From Bugula neritina (taxonomy: Eukaryota > Animalia > Bryozoa), in NCBI GenBank assembly GCA_964035545.1, contig OZ037772.1, positions 10,662,818 through 10,726,817 on the forward strand: a stretch of DNA of 64,000 bases. Reading direction: 5' to 3'. The notes under the pieces were generated by a model. The model ran no database searches, had not been told where the DNA came from, and saw only the letters and a list, made by a program, of their open reading frames with translations. How positions within the stretch are numbered: the stretch's first letter is position 1; each line of letters opens with the position of its first letter. The translations under genes and the position numbers were made by a program. This document shows, piece by piece, positions 13,001 to 26,142 of this stretch.

Positions 13001-16000
13001 AATAAAAGTGTGTAAGAATTTGGGGAAGACAACTTCAAACATAACTAACCTTGAAAAAGCCCTTACAGCTTTCACATGTGAGCAATCCATAGTGATAGCC
13101 TGAGACCTTGTCACCACACACAGGGCACACTTCACCTGCGATGTTATCACCTGCAGTGAGGAAATTGACTAGAGTTATAATCTTGATTTCAGGAATCTTT
13201 CTATAAGCAGCAGCAAGTTGAGGGGGGTGACTTAACGCAATAGTTTGAGGTTTATGAGTTTAGAGTAGAATGTTGAGCCCTTAACTCCAAACTCGTGACC
13301 TCAAACTACTACACTAATTAACCCCAACTCGGAACTGCTTATATATTATTTCCGATTCCAGATCATATACTAATCATGAGTTATTACAACTAGGAGAGGG
13401 CTGCCAAGTAGAATTTTACGGCAAATTTGCTGCAGGAACCCCCTGCTACACACAGCGTGAAACTAAAGTGGCCAACTATAATATTTGCCTACAGCCGAAC
13501 TGTCTTTTTTCAAATTATTTGAAATCTTACTTGCCATTATCAATAATGTGAAACTATTTGGAATTAAAACTAAAATGTAAAAGGTATGCTGGCTAAAAGA
13601 TGAGCAACCCATTAGATTACTGCCTCTGAAACTTCTAACATTTGATCATATGAGTTCAAAACCTAGAAAGGGATGGAAGTTCAAACACTTTTCTTCTACA
13701 GTGCTCAAAACTGTGACGAAACATGGAAGAGTGACCTGAGGTGAGCAGCTCACACACCGAAGAGGTAAAAAAATAAGTTGCCTGAGAAAACCGAGCATGG
13801 AGTTACTAAAAATTAATATTACATTACTAGTGAGAAATAAAACGCTGCTCTGTCTTTAATTACTCGAGTTACATCATCTAAATTATCCTTTTCAGCTGTC
13901 AGAAGAGTGAGACAGTGAACTAAGATATCTGATGTGTAAGCAATATAATAACAAAAAGTTGTGAGAATAGAATTTTATAAAAAATTTGCAAAGAAACTTT
14001 TTGATCAAACTAATTTAGCCAAACTGAAATAGTCCAAGAGAGATCAGTGATTGTGACACAAACCAACACTAAGTCCACTCATAGCACGCACAAGGTGTAG
14101 CTAGACAACTATATGCTAAGTGTTTTCATGAAAAGATTGACTGTTAAGGGTCATTCACACTTTGTGGTATGTCGTACGCCGTAACAGCAAATATTGGCAA
14201 TTTTTACCAATGTCTGAGCTTCCTGTATGGCATTGCGGTAGGCTCCTATTAGACAAAAAAACTTTTGCGTCAACTCATTGGATATAATTTTTCAATGAAG
14301 TGTCATAGATCGTACCTAATAGCGGACTTTGAAAACTTCAGCCCGGGCACATTAAAAATGGCTGACATTTTACGTTACGGCGTACAATACGGCAAAGTGT
14401 AAATGACGGAAAAGGTCATTCCAAGAAATCAGGATACCAGTAACAATGCTCTTAAATCTAAATTTAAAAAATATATATATGCAAAAACCATTAACTGGCT
14501 TTATAATACATCCCATCATGACTAGAAGAGAGGTGAGAAATAGACAGACATAAAAAGTGTGTTGTAATGCCCACAGGATTTCACAATAAGCTCCAATTGG
14601 CACACACAATGGAGATCATTATTTCTCTTTTGTTGCTGCAAGATATATATAAACCACCACATAGTGTACTGTTTAGTTGTACACAAGCACTAAGGAGCAG
14701 TGATGGAGAAATTTCAATAACATGCGTTCTTTAATAGCTTTTATGAATACTGGTTTGGGCATTTAGGTGCAGTAGTGGACATTTTGAGATAGCCTAAGCT
14801 CTTTAAATTTCTTTTATAGAGTTTGATTTGGGGGATGGGTTGAAACTATCATAAGAACATAACTTCTTTTGCTACATTTCTAATCTAGAAAACAGGCTTT
14901 TCTCAATTTCTCCATTACTGTACCAGTCTCGAAAGTAGTTAGAAGCAGCACCGAGCTGTGAACCCCAAACTTGAGATTCCAGACAACTGCATTCAGTGAC
15001 CACCAACTCCGTGCTTCTTCTAGCTTACCTTACCTTTTGAACTGAGAGTATTATATAGCATGATGAAACCTGCCAAAGTACCAAATCAATTTCATACAAA
15101 CTCCACCTACAAGCTCTTCTCTAAATAGTAGAATGCCCACACACACACACACTGTGGCCTACCCAACTATTAAAAAAGAAATGAAAATACACATCCAATC
15201 AAATCGCACGACACAGACACTCCTTTATCTCCACCTATCACAGATGACTATAGATATGGTCCCACCAGTCCAACGTTCAAATTGCTATCTAGTGAAATAT
15301 TGTTATACAAACACAAGATAAGATAAACTAAGGCCGAGATGCTCCTCATTGAAATTTTCCAGGTGCATTATTCAGCTTATCAACGCTGGCAACCGGGCAT
15401 GTGCAGGATAGGCAAGTGCATAAGAACTCAGCCTAACATTCTCATGTCATTTACTGAGACTAAGCCCCACTCAAACCTTTATCAGTTTTCGAATTATGCT
15501 CTACTTTCTAATTATGTTCTACTTTTAAATTACTTTCTAGTGGTTAAAGTTTTTGCCTAGTAAACATGGATTCATGGATTGGAGCACGACAGAGGCCATT
15601 GGTGATGTTAGGAAGAGCATCCAGTCATAATTGCTCCTGTGCCCCATTTAAATAAGTCTATCTAGGTTTTCTCTATAAACTTGCATGAGTCTTTTTTTCA
15701 AGTGACTTTCTATTTTAAAATCAAGTTACACTTTCAACTAGAATTTCTTTTACAATGTTACTTCACTATATCAAAATAAAAAGGCATTTCTTTTGGCACT
15801 TAACTTTGTGGTCAGAAATGATATATTTGAAAGATTTCCTTTAAATGAGACGTCTCGGAATGAGACTCCAGAAATAAGAAAACATGAGATGAGGTACATA
15901 AGCTACATCTAAGCTGGTACCAGAGCCTGGAAAGGCTATCTGGCTGAATGTAGGCTATGACATAAACCAACTAAACCCCTGTGTTCAGGATTGATGTTTG

Positions 16001-18631
16001 CCATACAAAAACACTAAATACATTAATAGACTACTTAATGAGCCAAATTGTTCATGTAACTCATGAGTAGGTGGAAAAAGTGGAAGGTTACACAACTATA
16101 GTATAGTAAAGGTTGGGGAGAAAACTCCGATCACAATCTGTGAGTCTAGGTGTGCTGGCAACCGAATAGCAGTCACCAACTAGTGAGTAGTACATAGTGA
16201 CTGGTTACTGCAACTAGCAGTGTTTACTAGATACTAATGACTGATTACTAGACAGTAGTGACTGTTTATCGCTAACCAACGACTAGTTCTAAGTTATAAA
16301 TTAGTTAAATACCCACGTAGGTTTATAGTCACCATCTATGTGAGAAAACCCTGATGGAAAGGGTATTTGTTAAATTGGACTAAGGACTTATCCAGCTGTG
16401 ACACAGGAGCAATTATGACTGGATGCTCTTCCTAACATCACCAATGGCCTTTGTCTGGTTCGAACCCATGACTTGTGTTTACTAGGAAAGAGCTCTAACC
16501 TCTAGACCACAGCTGCTTCCTGAGTATACACATATTTTCAGATATTTTACATTTAATCAATGATCACACACTACACATAAACACACCGCACATACATACA
16601 CTAAACACACACTACACATACATACATACACTACACATACACTACACATACATACACTACACACACATACATACACTACACACACATACATACACTACAC
16701 ATACATACACTACACATACATAAACTACACATACATAAACTACACATACATACACTACACATACAGTACACATACATACACTACACATACATAAACTACA
16801 CATACATACATACACTACACATACATACACTACACATACATACACTACACATACATACACACACTACACATACATACACTACACATACACACACTACACA
16901 TACATACACTACACATACATACACTACACATACATACACTACACATACATACACTACACATACATACACACACTACACATACATACACTACACATACACA
17001 CACTACACATACATACACTACACATACATACATACACTACACATACATACACTACACATACATACACTACACATACATACACTACACATACATACACTAC
17101 ACATACATACACTACACATACATACACTACACATACATACACTACACATACATACACTACACATACACACACTACACATACACACACTACACATACATAC
17201 ACTACACATACATACACTACACATACATACACTACACATACATACACTACACATACATACACTACATATACATACACACTGTAGACTGACCACTTATACA
17301 AGATACATCACACTGGCAGAGCCTGTTGGCTAGAGATACGAAAGAGAGAAGACAGGAAGTCTTGCCATGACAGTCAGTGATTAATAGCCTGACCATAACG
17401 GACCACACACTAAATCTCTGATCACAACTTAAGAACTTTAAAACATAATTTCTTAGCCCAAGGAAGGTGCTGGAACTAAACAGATATAACACAGTTTACA
17501 GTAGTATTATAGTAGTGTTATATTAACCACTGTAGTATTATACTGTTAAATTAATACAACTAAGCTGACAAGTGCTAAAACCCAATAAACATGCTATTGC
17601 CTTATGAAAATAAGACTAGAAAATTCAGACTAACAAAGACATCTATCTGTTTCAAGGGAAATTATGTAACTATTGCTATTTTATTTAAAATACAATCCCA
17701 AGAGATGGACAAAACTCTGTAAAAAATGCATTTCAGAAAATTTCATCCGAGTCATCAGCAACTTTTAATGGGGGGAGGGGGTGGGTGTTCAGGGTATAAA
17801 AGTTCATGAACTAATGTCATGATGTGATGAGAAAATTGCTTATAATATAAACATTTATTATGATGACCTAAAAGTGCTAAGAGCCCTGATTTACTGGTAG
17901 CAGCATTGACTGTCAGTGAGATCAAACAATACTGTAACATGCAGAGGTATTGTAACTATAGGTATTGTGACCCGATACATAGGTTTGCATGCAAAGAAGA
18001 ACTGATTGTCTATCCACAATCCTCGGGCAACAAGAAACGTTCACACAATTTTATATCTCATAGAGTCATGTGTAGAGTTTGCATTTTGAAATTTTACAAA
18101 TTTAAAAAACATGTAGTCAACATTTTTAAGGAATTCCAGACACACTTAATTTATGCAGTATAAAAATATTCATATATACATTATCTATTATCATCAGACT
18201 GTTTGAGGGTTGTATGCTCAAACAATTTTGTTTGATAATAAATTTTGTGCGCACATGTCTTGAATTAATTTGGAACTTATGAGTACTTTTGTTCAGCCTT
18301 AGAATTTGTGATATTTTAAAACTAATGAAATTAAAAAATAGTCAACATTCTTGACCCGTAACAATATTCGGGCCTTCAGGGTGGTGTATTTATTGCACAT
18401 GTTTGTTCTAGCTACTGAAGAACTTCGACTACACTTACTATTTCCCTCGTCATTCGAACTGGAAGCTGTTGACAACTTCCTCTTTGTGTACTTTCTTTTA
18501 ACGGCCTTGACTTTCGTCTCCATAGCAACAGACTGAGACTCTGCAGTTTCGCCTTTGCAGTCGTCTGAAAAGCTGGCATCCATCGTGGTTTGGTTACCGT
18601 TGCTGTCCAAGTCTTCACTGCTGTCAGACAT
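7024..18631 (-). CDS. NR5A: Nuclear receptor of subfamily 5A (FTZ-F1/SF-1/LRH-1-like)
   Basis: Predicted exons (minus strand) 18631-18439, 13150-13050, 12452-12323, 11593-11472, 11167-10684, 10553-10405, 9975-9829, 9167-9045, 8752-8590, 7998-7888 and 7210-7024; all GT-AG and phase-compatible. [34 protein letters not shown] (P-box ESCKG); FTZ-F1 box [23 protein letters not shown]; LBD landmarks [36 protein letters not shown]; AF-2-like TLLCELL. Confidence 0.93.
8165..8582. repeat. TGACAC-based degenerate minisatellite in an NR5A intron
   Basis: Repeated ataactgt(c/t)tga(c/t)ac...gacacatc. Confidence 0.8.
9170..9805. repeat. 26-bp gtatgacacctctgacacatc minisatellite with degenerate flank, NR5A intron
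   Basis: Clear tandem array at 9555-9785. Confidence 0.88.
11670..11864 (-). mobile_element. tRNA-derived SINE copy, full length
   Basis: Reverse complement has head gggagcagccgtggcctaggggttagag (A-box), gggttcgaaccc (B-box), core and tail. Confidence 0.88.
11971..12094. mobile_element. MITE-like family B
   Basis: TIR aggtgcagta...tactgcacct; internal ataacttct...catttctaatctagaa shared with 14765-14925 and 44348-44510. Confidence 0.7.
12465..12568. repeat. 17-bp minisatellite gtaatactgtggcagat, ~6 copies
   Basis: Direct inspection; abuts the acceptor of the second DBD exon. Confidence 0.9.
13202..13343. mobile_element. Palindromic MITE-like element, family A (~140 bp)
   Basis: tataagcag...agttg / caact...ctgcttata ends and internal self-complementarity; relatives at 14940-15022, 20310-20454 and 35042-35173. 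Confidence 0.7.
14148..14407. mobile_element. MITE-like element C (~260 bp)
   Basis: gtcattcacactttg...gtacgccgtaac and gttacggcgtac...caaagtgtaaatgac are ~35 bp inverted repeats. Confidence 0.65.
14765..14925. mobile_element. MITE-like family B
   Basis: aggtgcagtagtggacattttgaga...tctcaatttctccattactgtacc. Confidence 0.72.
14940..15022. mobile_element. MITE-like family A, internally deleted
   Basis: tagaagcagcaccgag...ctccgtgcttcttcta inverted ends. Confidence 0.6.
15535..15690 (+). mobile_element. tRNA-derived SINE copy
   Basis: ctagtggttaaagtttttgcctagtaaac...ggtgatgttaggaagagcatccagtcataattgctcctgtg. Confidence 0.82.
16320..16520 (-). mobile_element. tRNA-derived SINE copy, full length
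   Basis: caattatgactggatgctcttcctaacatcacc core and ggttcgaaccc B-box on the minus strand. Confidence 0.88.
16567..17280. repeat. 15-bp acactacacatacat minisatellite
   Basis: Long tandem array; the source of spurious VVYVC/CSVCM ORFs. Confidence 0.95.
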
Positions 18632-20309
18632 ACTTTAGCCTGTGGAAAGACAGCCAGCAAGTTTAACAATAATATATGAACGATCCATAAGAAGGCTGCT
18701 ATAAATTAAAGAACTAATGCTAAAAAGTGCACAATATTGAATAACAGAATGAATAGAATACTTTATTGATACTCTCTATTTGTTATTCACATGTGGTGAA
18801 AACGAAATGCTCAATAAAGAAGAAATTTGTCAATATGTTTTCACAAACATTAGCTAATACTAACAGGTAATACACTGCTAAAACATATGAGTACATAAAC
18901 TATAAAAAATCACCTTTAAGTCAATCTCTAGCTGATATCTCAGTGTTGTAGTTGGCTGACTTCTGGACTGGAATTCTTTGATAGAAATATCTTGTACACT
19001 GAGAGTAGTGTCTAGACTCTAGATAGCACCATACCAGGAGTATCTGCAAGTATAATCAGGAGTTGTCTGATCTACGCAGTTATAAGACGTATATACTATT
19101 GTAAATGAAATTTAAAAATGTTTACTCAGTATCACAAAGAGTATCACTATGAGTATCAGTATGACTAGTAGGCAATGATAGTGATACTCATGGTGATGAT
19201 GATAGTATTTAATTTTAAGTATATCTCCCGATCGGTTAAGTATTAGTATAGCTTATAGTTATTAACCGTAACTATAAGTATTAAATTTAGTAGTTACTGT
19301 TGGTATAATTTAAACTGTAACTGATAACCATTCATTATGACAAACTCATATTCATTAAGTGATTATATTTATATTGAATTTTTGATCAAGTGATAATCAT
19401 AATAATTATCATTATGGTAATAAAATGAGAATGGTACTATTACATTTACTGCTTATTTATAATCACACTGGATAACTATAATGATAAACGCAACGTCAGG
19501 TTCAGGCTGAAATCATTATGATTATCATGAACCTGATTTTAATTTTATATCATATTTAATTTCAGTTTTACAGTGACCAAAAATATAACAATAACAATGG
19601 TAATATCAATATGAATATGGATATTATATAATTTAATTTTATCAGCATAATATTAATCATATTAATATTATAGATACTTCAATAGATAACAATATAAATA
19701 TAATATTAATAATCATAATGACAATCATTATCATAATGATAATGTAAATTTATTGTTTATGTAAAAAAATTGGTAAATCATAGAACTTAGAAGCAATTAA
19801 ATTTTTAAATTAAGTTAAACTGAAATTAGTGAAATCACTGAAATGGTAAAATGAAAATGAAAATCGCTCCTTTAAGTTTATGACCATAGGCATAGCCATA
19901 GGCCTATACTTATATTTGTAGGCTATAACATTAACTTTAAGTTAAAGTATAAAGAACAAACTATGATCTTAAAGTAACAAATTATATAAAGTTCAAGTTC
20001 ATAACTCTAATAGTAATAGTAATAGTAAATCAAAATGTAACAGTTGAGTTATACTTTTACTTTTAGTAATAATTATTACTTACTTGAGTTGACAGTGTTA
20101 ATTACCTAGACTTCGTCCTTGAGACAAGATCGAAACTGAGAGTATATCCCCGTAACTTATCAAAAGAAGCTGAGAAATTGGTATAATTACTATAGGCTTA
20201 GAGTGGAAGCTAAACACGTTGAAAGGCTTTTTGCAAAAACCCAAACAACTGGTTTTACAGGCATTTAGCCAGGTACCTAAAGCAATTTGTTTTACATTTT
20301 GAATCGTTC

Positions 20310-20454
20310 TATAAACAGCGCCATGTTGAGGGTGACCAAGTGCTGTAGTTGAACGTTCTTGAGCTTCGAATTGAGGTTTACCAACAACCCCAATTCTAAA
20401 CTTGAGAGCCGCAAACTATTGCAACTACTGACCCCTAACGCGGAGCTACTTATA
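20310..20454. mobile_element. MITE-like family A copy in the NR5A-LARS2 intergenic region
   Basis: tataaacagcgcc.tgttgagggtgac...gacccctaacgcggagctacttata. Confidence 0.62.
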
Positions 20455-20563
20455 GATTAACTTTTACATTCTAGTGCTTATCGAATAAAAAGTGAGCACA
20501 GGAACTATGCTCAAACCGAAACGAGTCTTTGCTCCCCTTTGGTTTTTATAAATTCAACTACAT

Positions 20564-20572
20564 TCAAGGTCA
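20564..20572 (+). promoter_or_regulatory. Consensus NR5A (FTZ-F1/SF-1) element TCAAGGTCA in the NR5A-LARS2 divergent intergenic region
   Basis: Exact match to the YCAAGGYCR consensus; function is untested. Confidence 0.3.
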
Positions 20573-21556
20573 TTAACAATCGTGTTTATTCAGTTGCAGC
20601 AACTGAACTTGAACTTCAAGCTAATTAAATCAAAACCAAATAAACAGTTATAATGGCAGTCTGCTACTTATAATAGTTGTATAACTATAAGTAATGGAAT
20701 TTTACGTTGATTTATTCACTAAATAGCAATCACTGCAATGTGAAGATAAATGTCAAAAACTCAATAGCGAAATCAATATCAATAGACAATCACAATATCA
20801 ATATCAATATGATAATCATTTATTTTTAATTTTAACGTATGACTCAAACTGTCATTGTGAAAACTAAAGTGTGACATGAGACTGAGTAATCAGTAATGAC
20901 ATTGAGTTTGACTACCTCTAAGTTTTAAATTTAATGAGTAAGGAGTTAGACTTGTTCATGATCATGATGTTACCAATATTAATACTAAATGATAGAATGA
21001 TTATAAATTAAAATATAATTTTTTACTTTTAGTTTTAGTACTACTACTAGTAGTAGTAACTATTATTCATATTGATATTGTCCTAATATTACGGATATCA
21101 ATTAAAGAAGTGGCAGTAGATTACTAAAAGTAAAGGTGAATGTGATAATCCAAGTGAAAATTGCATTTTTATTTTGTTGTAGTTTTGCTTTTTATTTCAT
21201 ATTTGATTTATTTTATAATGGAAAAACAGCTCAATTTAAAGTTTTGAAATTGATTAACTTCATTGAATCTAAATTTGAAACTTACTTTTCTATTTATATA
21301 GTCTGCAAACAATATTCCAAGTTAAACAGAAAGGTAAATGTTAAATTATATCTGAGTTATTACATTCATCGCTTGTGCTTAGTTGATATACTGTGTTCAT
21401 AGACACGGTCTTGGTTAGTAATTTTAATAAGGCCTACTAAGGATACGATATAAAAAGTAAAGTAGTGAATGTGCGTAGCTAACCGAAATATTATGGTTTT
21501 TTTTAATATTGATAGTTTTTTGTTGTAGTCTGAGATATTGATAAGTTGGAGTTTAT

Positions 21557-24500
21557 ATGGCTGGGTCTAACTCTCTCCTCAAGGCCTGTGGGCTAAGTTA
21601 TCAACAAATACGCTACATATTAAGCAAAACTGGTAAATGGGTGAGTGAGCTGATCCATTAGGTGTTCATTAGCTTGAGAATACCCCATATGACTGTTGTG
21701 TTGTAATACTGACATTTTCTCATACTCAGCTATGAACATAATTTTTCATTTTTAAAGTCCTGAATATATTTTTAGAGTTCACATGATTCTGTGCTTGTGA
21801 TCGGCAGTTGAGTACAAAACAGTGCCATGTGACAGAATCTCTTTAAAGTTTCTTTTGTTGTTGTATGCAAAATAATTTTACAAGCAGTTTTACAGAGTTG
21901 CTAAGTCACTACTCTTGTTATTTCAGCTACAGATTGAGCTGTAGTATTCATCACCCTTATTGTAAATTGTAAGAACTTAGCCTACAAGCATTCACATTTG
22001 GTAGTCTTTATTTTATTCTCATTTTCAGAAGAAAAAGATAACACGCCAAACTCTTTCTGAAATAGAATGTCACTGGAAAGAGAAAGTTCTGTCTCCAACG
22101 TCTAGCTGCAGTTACAAAGGTGGGGTGGTAGAAATTAGCCCCCATTATTCAATTCTACTTTGTTTTTTGTCAAAAAGATTATTATTTAGTTATAGGCTTT
22201 TGAAAGAGTCCCTGACACATTACATTTATGTAGTATTAGGTTATTCACATATATCTTGGCTATCAACTAAATACAACTTCAGGGTTGTATGTTCAAGCAT
22301 ATTAGTTTTATAGTACGTTTTGCTGATGCCTTTGTTATTTTTAGTATCTGCTGTACTATAGAACTGATAATAATTATGGCTGCTTTTTATTGCCTGCTAT
22401 TGTTTGCTGTTGAAGTATTCAGACTAATCACCATGCTTAGACATTGTGTTGTATTTAGCCGATAGCCAAGATATATGTGAATAGTTTAATACTACATAAA
22501 TGTAGCATTTCATGGCTTCTATAAGCATTGATTAGATTTATTAAAGGTTCTTGGCATACAAATTTAGTATCTACTTTTACTAAGCTTATGTTTTACCTGC
22601 ACACATTATTTTATAGCTTATTGCTGGACTTCACTTGGCTAATAGATCGTGTTGATGTTGCTATTACTGTAGGTGATGTTAGTAAGGAGAAAGAAAAACG
22701 GTACATTCTAGCCATGTTTCCGTACCCGAGTGGTGATCTACACATGGGACATATGCGGGTCTACACCGTTAGTGATGTTCTAGCTAGGTATCACAGGCTA
22801 TGCGGTCATGAAGTGAGTATAATACTGTTATTTTCAATATAATTCTCTTCTTTATACAATAATGTGGTTTAATCTTGAGATATTATTATTAATATGCCAG
22901 TTTTTCCTCTTCAAATTTGCAGTAACTACTTAAAAATTTTCCGAACTTAAATTAAATATTCTGCTTAAATTGTGGAAAAGTAATCATAACATATTGAAAT
23001 ATTTTGAACATGTCTTACTAAATGCACGCAGTAATTTTTGGGAGTTGTGTGTTCTATATAAAACAGACTATCATATTACATGTGACTATCTTTTGTTCTC
23101 TCTTATAAGAAATAACATGAGATATCACTCATTAAATGTTTGTAGCACTTGGAAGTACAGGAATTGTGTTTTTAACAAACTGAAAGGCTAGCATATGTTG
23201 TGGCTACCAGATTTTTTAGTAGATGTTGATGCCTGGGTTTCTTGTAGATGCTGCACCCTATTGGTTGGGACGCCTTTGGTCTGCCCGCTGAGAATGCAGC
23301 CATTGATAGACACACTGCCCCTCGCACTTGGACAGAGAGGTGAGAACTGTGTACTACTTGACTATATACTCTGTGTAACTACTTGACTATATACTCTGTA
23401 TAACTACTTGACTATATACTCTGTGTACTACTTGACTATATACTCTGTATAACTACTTGACTATATACTCTGTATAACTACTTGACTATATACTCTGTGT
23501 AACTACTTGACTATATACTCTGTATAACTACTTGACTATATACTCTGTGTACTACTTGACTATATACTCTGTATAACTACTTGACTATATACTCTGTGTA
23601 ACTACTTGACTATATACTCTGTGTACTATTTGACTATATACTCTGTATAACTACTTGACTATACACTCTGTATAACTACTTGACTATATACTCTGTGTAA
23701 CTACTTGACTATATACTCTGTATAACTTTATGTAACAAGAACTTTAGCTGATAGTTCTACTATTTTATTTTTACCTAGTATGGCATCTAACAATATTACA
23801 GGAAAGCACTGCTTGTATAAAATGGTGACAATGGTGTTGATGTTAATAAATATTACAAGTACTTTGATTAAGTAGAATAAGAATAGTTGAGGTGCTAGCT
23901 GCTAAGGGAAGGCAACATAGAAATATAATTACAATGAATCAAAAGCTCTAGTGCTCTACCTACACCATGGCTGCTCCTATAAATATATACTATATAATAC
24001 TATATTACCAGAATACACTGTAAGGGAGTTGCTTCCTCCACAGGATTCGTATCGGATAACAAATAGCATTAAATAGCATTCATTAAATGATTGAGAGTTT
24101 TTTGATAAATATTTGTTAAAGTTCTGTTCAATCATTCTCTAATTGGTTACTTTTCAAAGCAACCTTAGAAAAACCCATTAAATACAGACTCTCATAATGA
24201 AATTTCTAGAGGCATATTTTTTCTTCTGGCAATACACTTTTCCTTTCCCCTGCTTTTAGTTCTTCTCCTCTGCTTCTAGTAACATAGCCAGGATGAAGGG
24301 GCAGCTTCAGGACCTGAGGATTTCCTTTGACTGGGACAGGGAGATAGCCACATGTACCCCTGAATATTACAGATGGACTCAGGCTATATTTCTCCTCATG
24401 TACAAACAAGGCTTGGCCTATTCAATGAGGGTAAAGCATGATCTTTCCAAGTCTTTCATCCACTAGTTTACTCACTTTACAATGTTACTTACTTCATAGT

Positions 24501-25814
24501 CTCCATATTACACTCTTTTTGAGTTTCGTCTGCAAATTACACTCTGAGTTTCCTCTGCATATTACACTCTATTAGAGTTTTAGTCTGCATATCATACTCT
24601 GTTTGAGTTTGCTCTGCATATTACACTCTATTTAAGTTGTAGTCTGCATATTACACCCTATGTGATTTTCTTCTGCTAGGAGTCGGTCAACTGGGACCCG
24701 GTAGACCAAACAGTACTTGCGGATGAACAGATAGACAGTGAAGGTCGCTCGTGGAGATCTGGGGCCAAGGTCACTAAGAAGCACCTGACGCAGTGGTACC
24801 TTAGAGCTACTAATTACACGCAGGTAGTACCTGTTCACTTTCCAGAGCAGCACCTTCATATTGTCTTGATTGTAGTGTTATTATAATATTTATGAGCAAG
24901 ATTTCGCCCACTCTAAACTAATGTACTATTGTCAAAGTGATTGATTGATGTAATGTATTTTTGTTAATCTACTGCTTTGCTTTTATCAGTTGTTGGGGTA
25001 AGATTTCACTCATGTTTCTGCATTATTTATTATTTTTTTCTCAAAAAATATGTTTTAATCGTATGATATATTTTTGGTATTTCGTGAATACTCTACTGAA
25101 ATGTTTGATGAGATTTGTAATTTACCTGCATTAGCTAGTATATTAGAGTGTGTATTACCATTTCATGTCCCTCTGGTCTCTCTCTAGTCACTGCTGGATG
25201 GATTGAATACTCTGGATCCAGAAAGCTGTAGAGGATTTGCAAATGCTCAAAGGGAGTGGCTGAGGAAACCAACTGGTGTTCGCATCAATGTGAGAATAGA
25301 AGTGAGTCAACCTTCAAACATGGCGTCTGCTACTCCTTAGTTTCCTGTCCGATGACTCAATGTAACCTGATTTATGTTAGCTTTGTTCTGATTGGTCGGT
25401 TTCATCATCTGTTGAACCAATCAAGGCATCGGCCCATCTTGCAATGTTAGAGTGTGTGGAATACCTGAGCTAAAATTATATGACTAATTTCTGAGCATTG
25501 TTTGCTAATACGGTGGACTTTGTATAATACCATTGTATTCTCCTAAACTCTAGCCATAGTCTTATTGTACTACTTGGACTATCTGTTTCAGCCAGTAGGT
25601 GAAACTATATCTGTGTTTACTGAGACACCTGAACTTCTGTATGGTGTAGACTTTCTGCAGATTTCCTCTTCTCATCCACTCGTGTCTTCTACAGATTGTC
25701 ATGTCCAGGTATGAACTTGATATATCCATTATCTGACTGTGTCATGACTACATAGCGAAAATACTGCGAAGATCACCCTGACTACTTCTACTACTACTAC
25801 TACTAGTACTACTG

Positions 25815-25854
<40 letters not shown>

Positions 25855-25938
25855 TACTACTGCTGCTGCTGCTGCTGCTACTACTACTACTACTACTACT
25901 ACTACTGCTACTACTACTAGTACTACTACTACTGCTAC

Positions 25939-25972
<34 letters not shown>

Positions 25973-25991
25973 CTCACTACTACTACTACTC

Positions 25992-26078
<87 letters not shown>

Positions 26079-26108
26079 TCACTACTACTACTACTACTAC
26101 TACTACTC

Positions 26109-26142
<34 letters not shown>

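Noticed and set aside
16657-17301. VVYVC/CSVCM repeat ORFs
   Set aside because: Translations of a 15-bp intronic minisatellite; no splice or coding signal.
23348-23728. Regular ~25-bp repeats as a possible CRISPR array
   Set aside because: Head-to-tail with no unique spacers, in a eukaryotic intron, and no cas genes.
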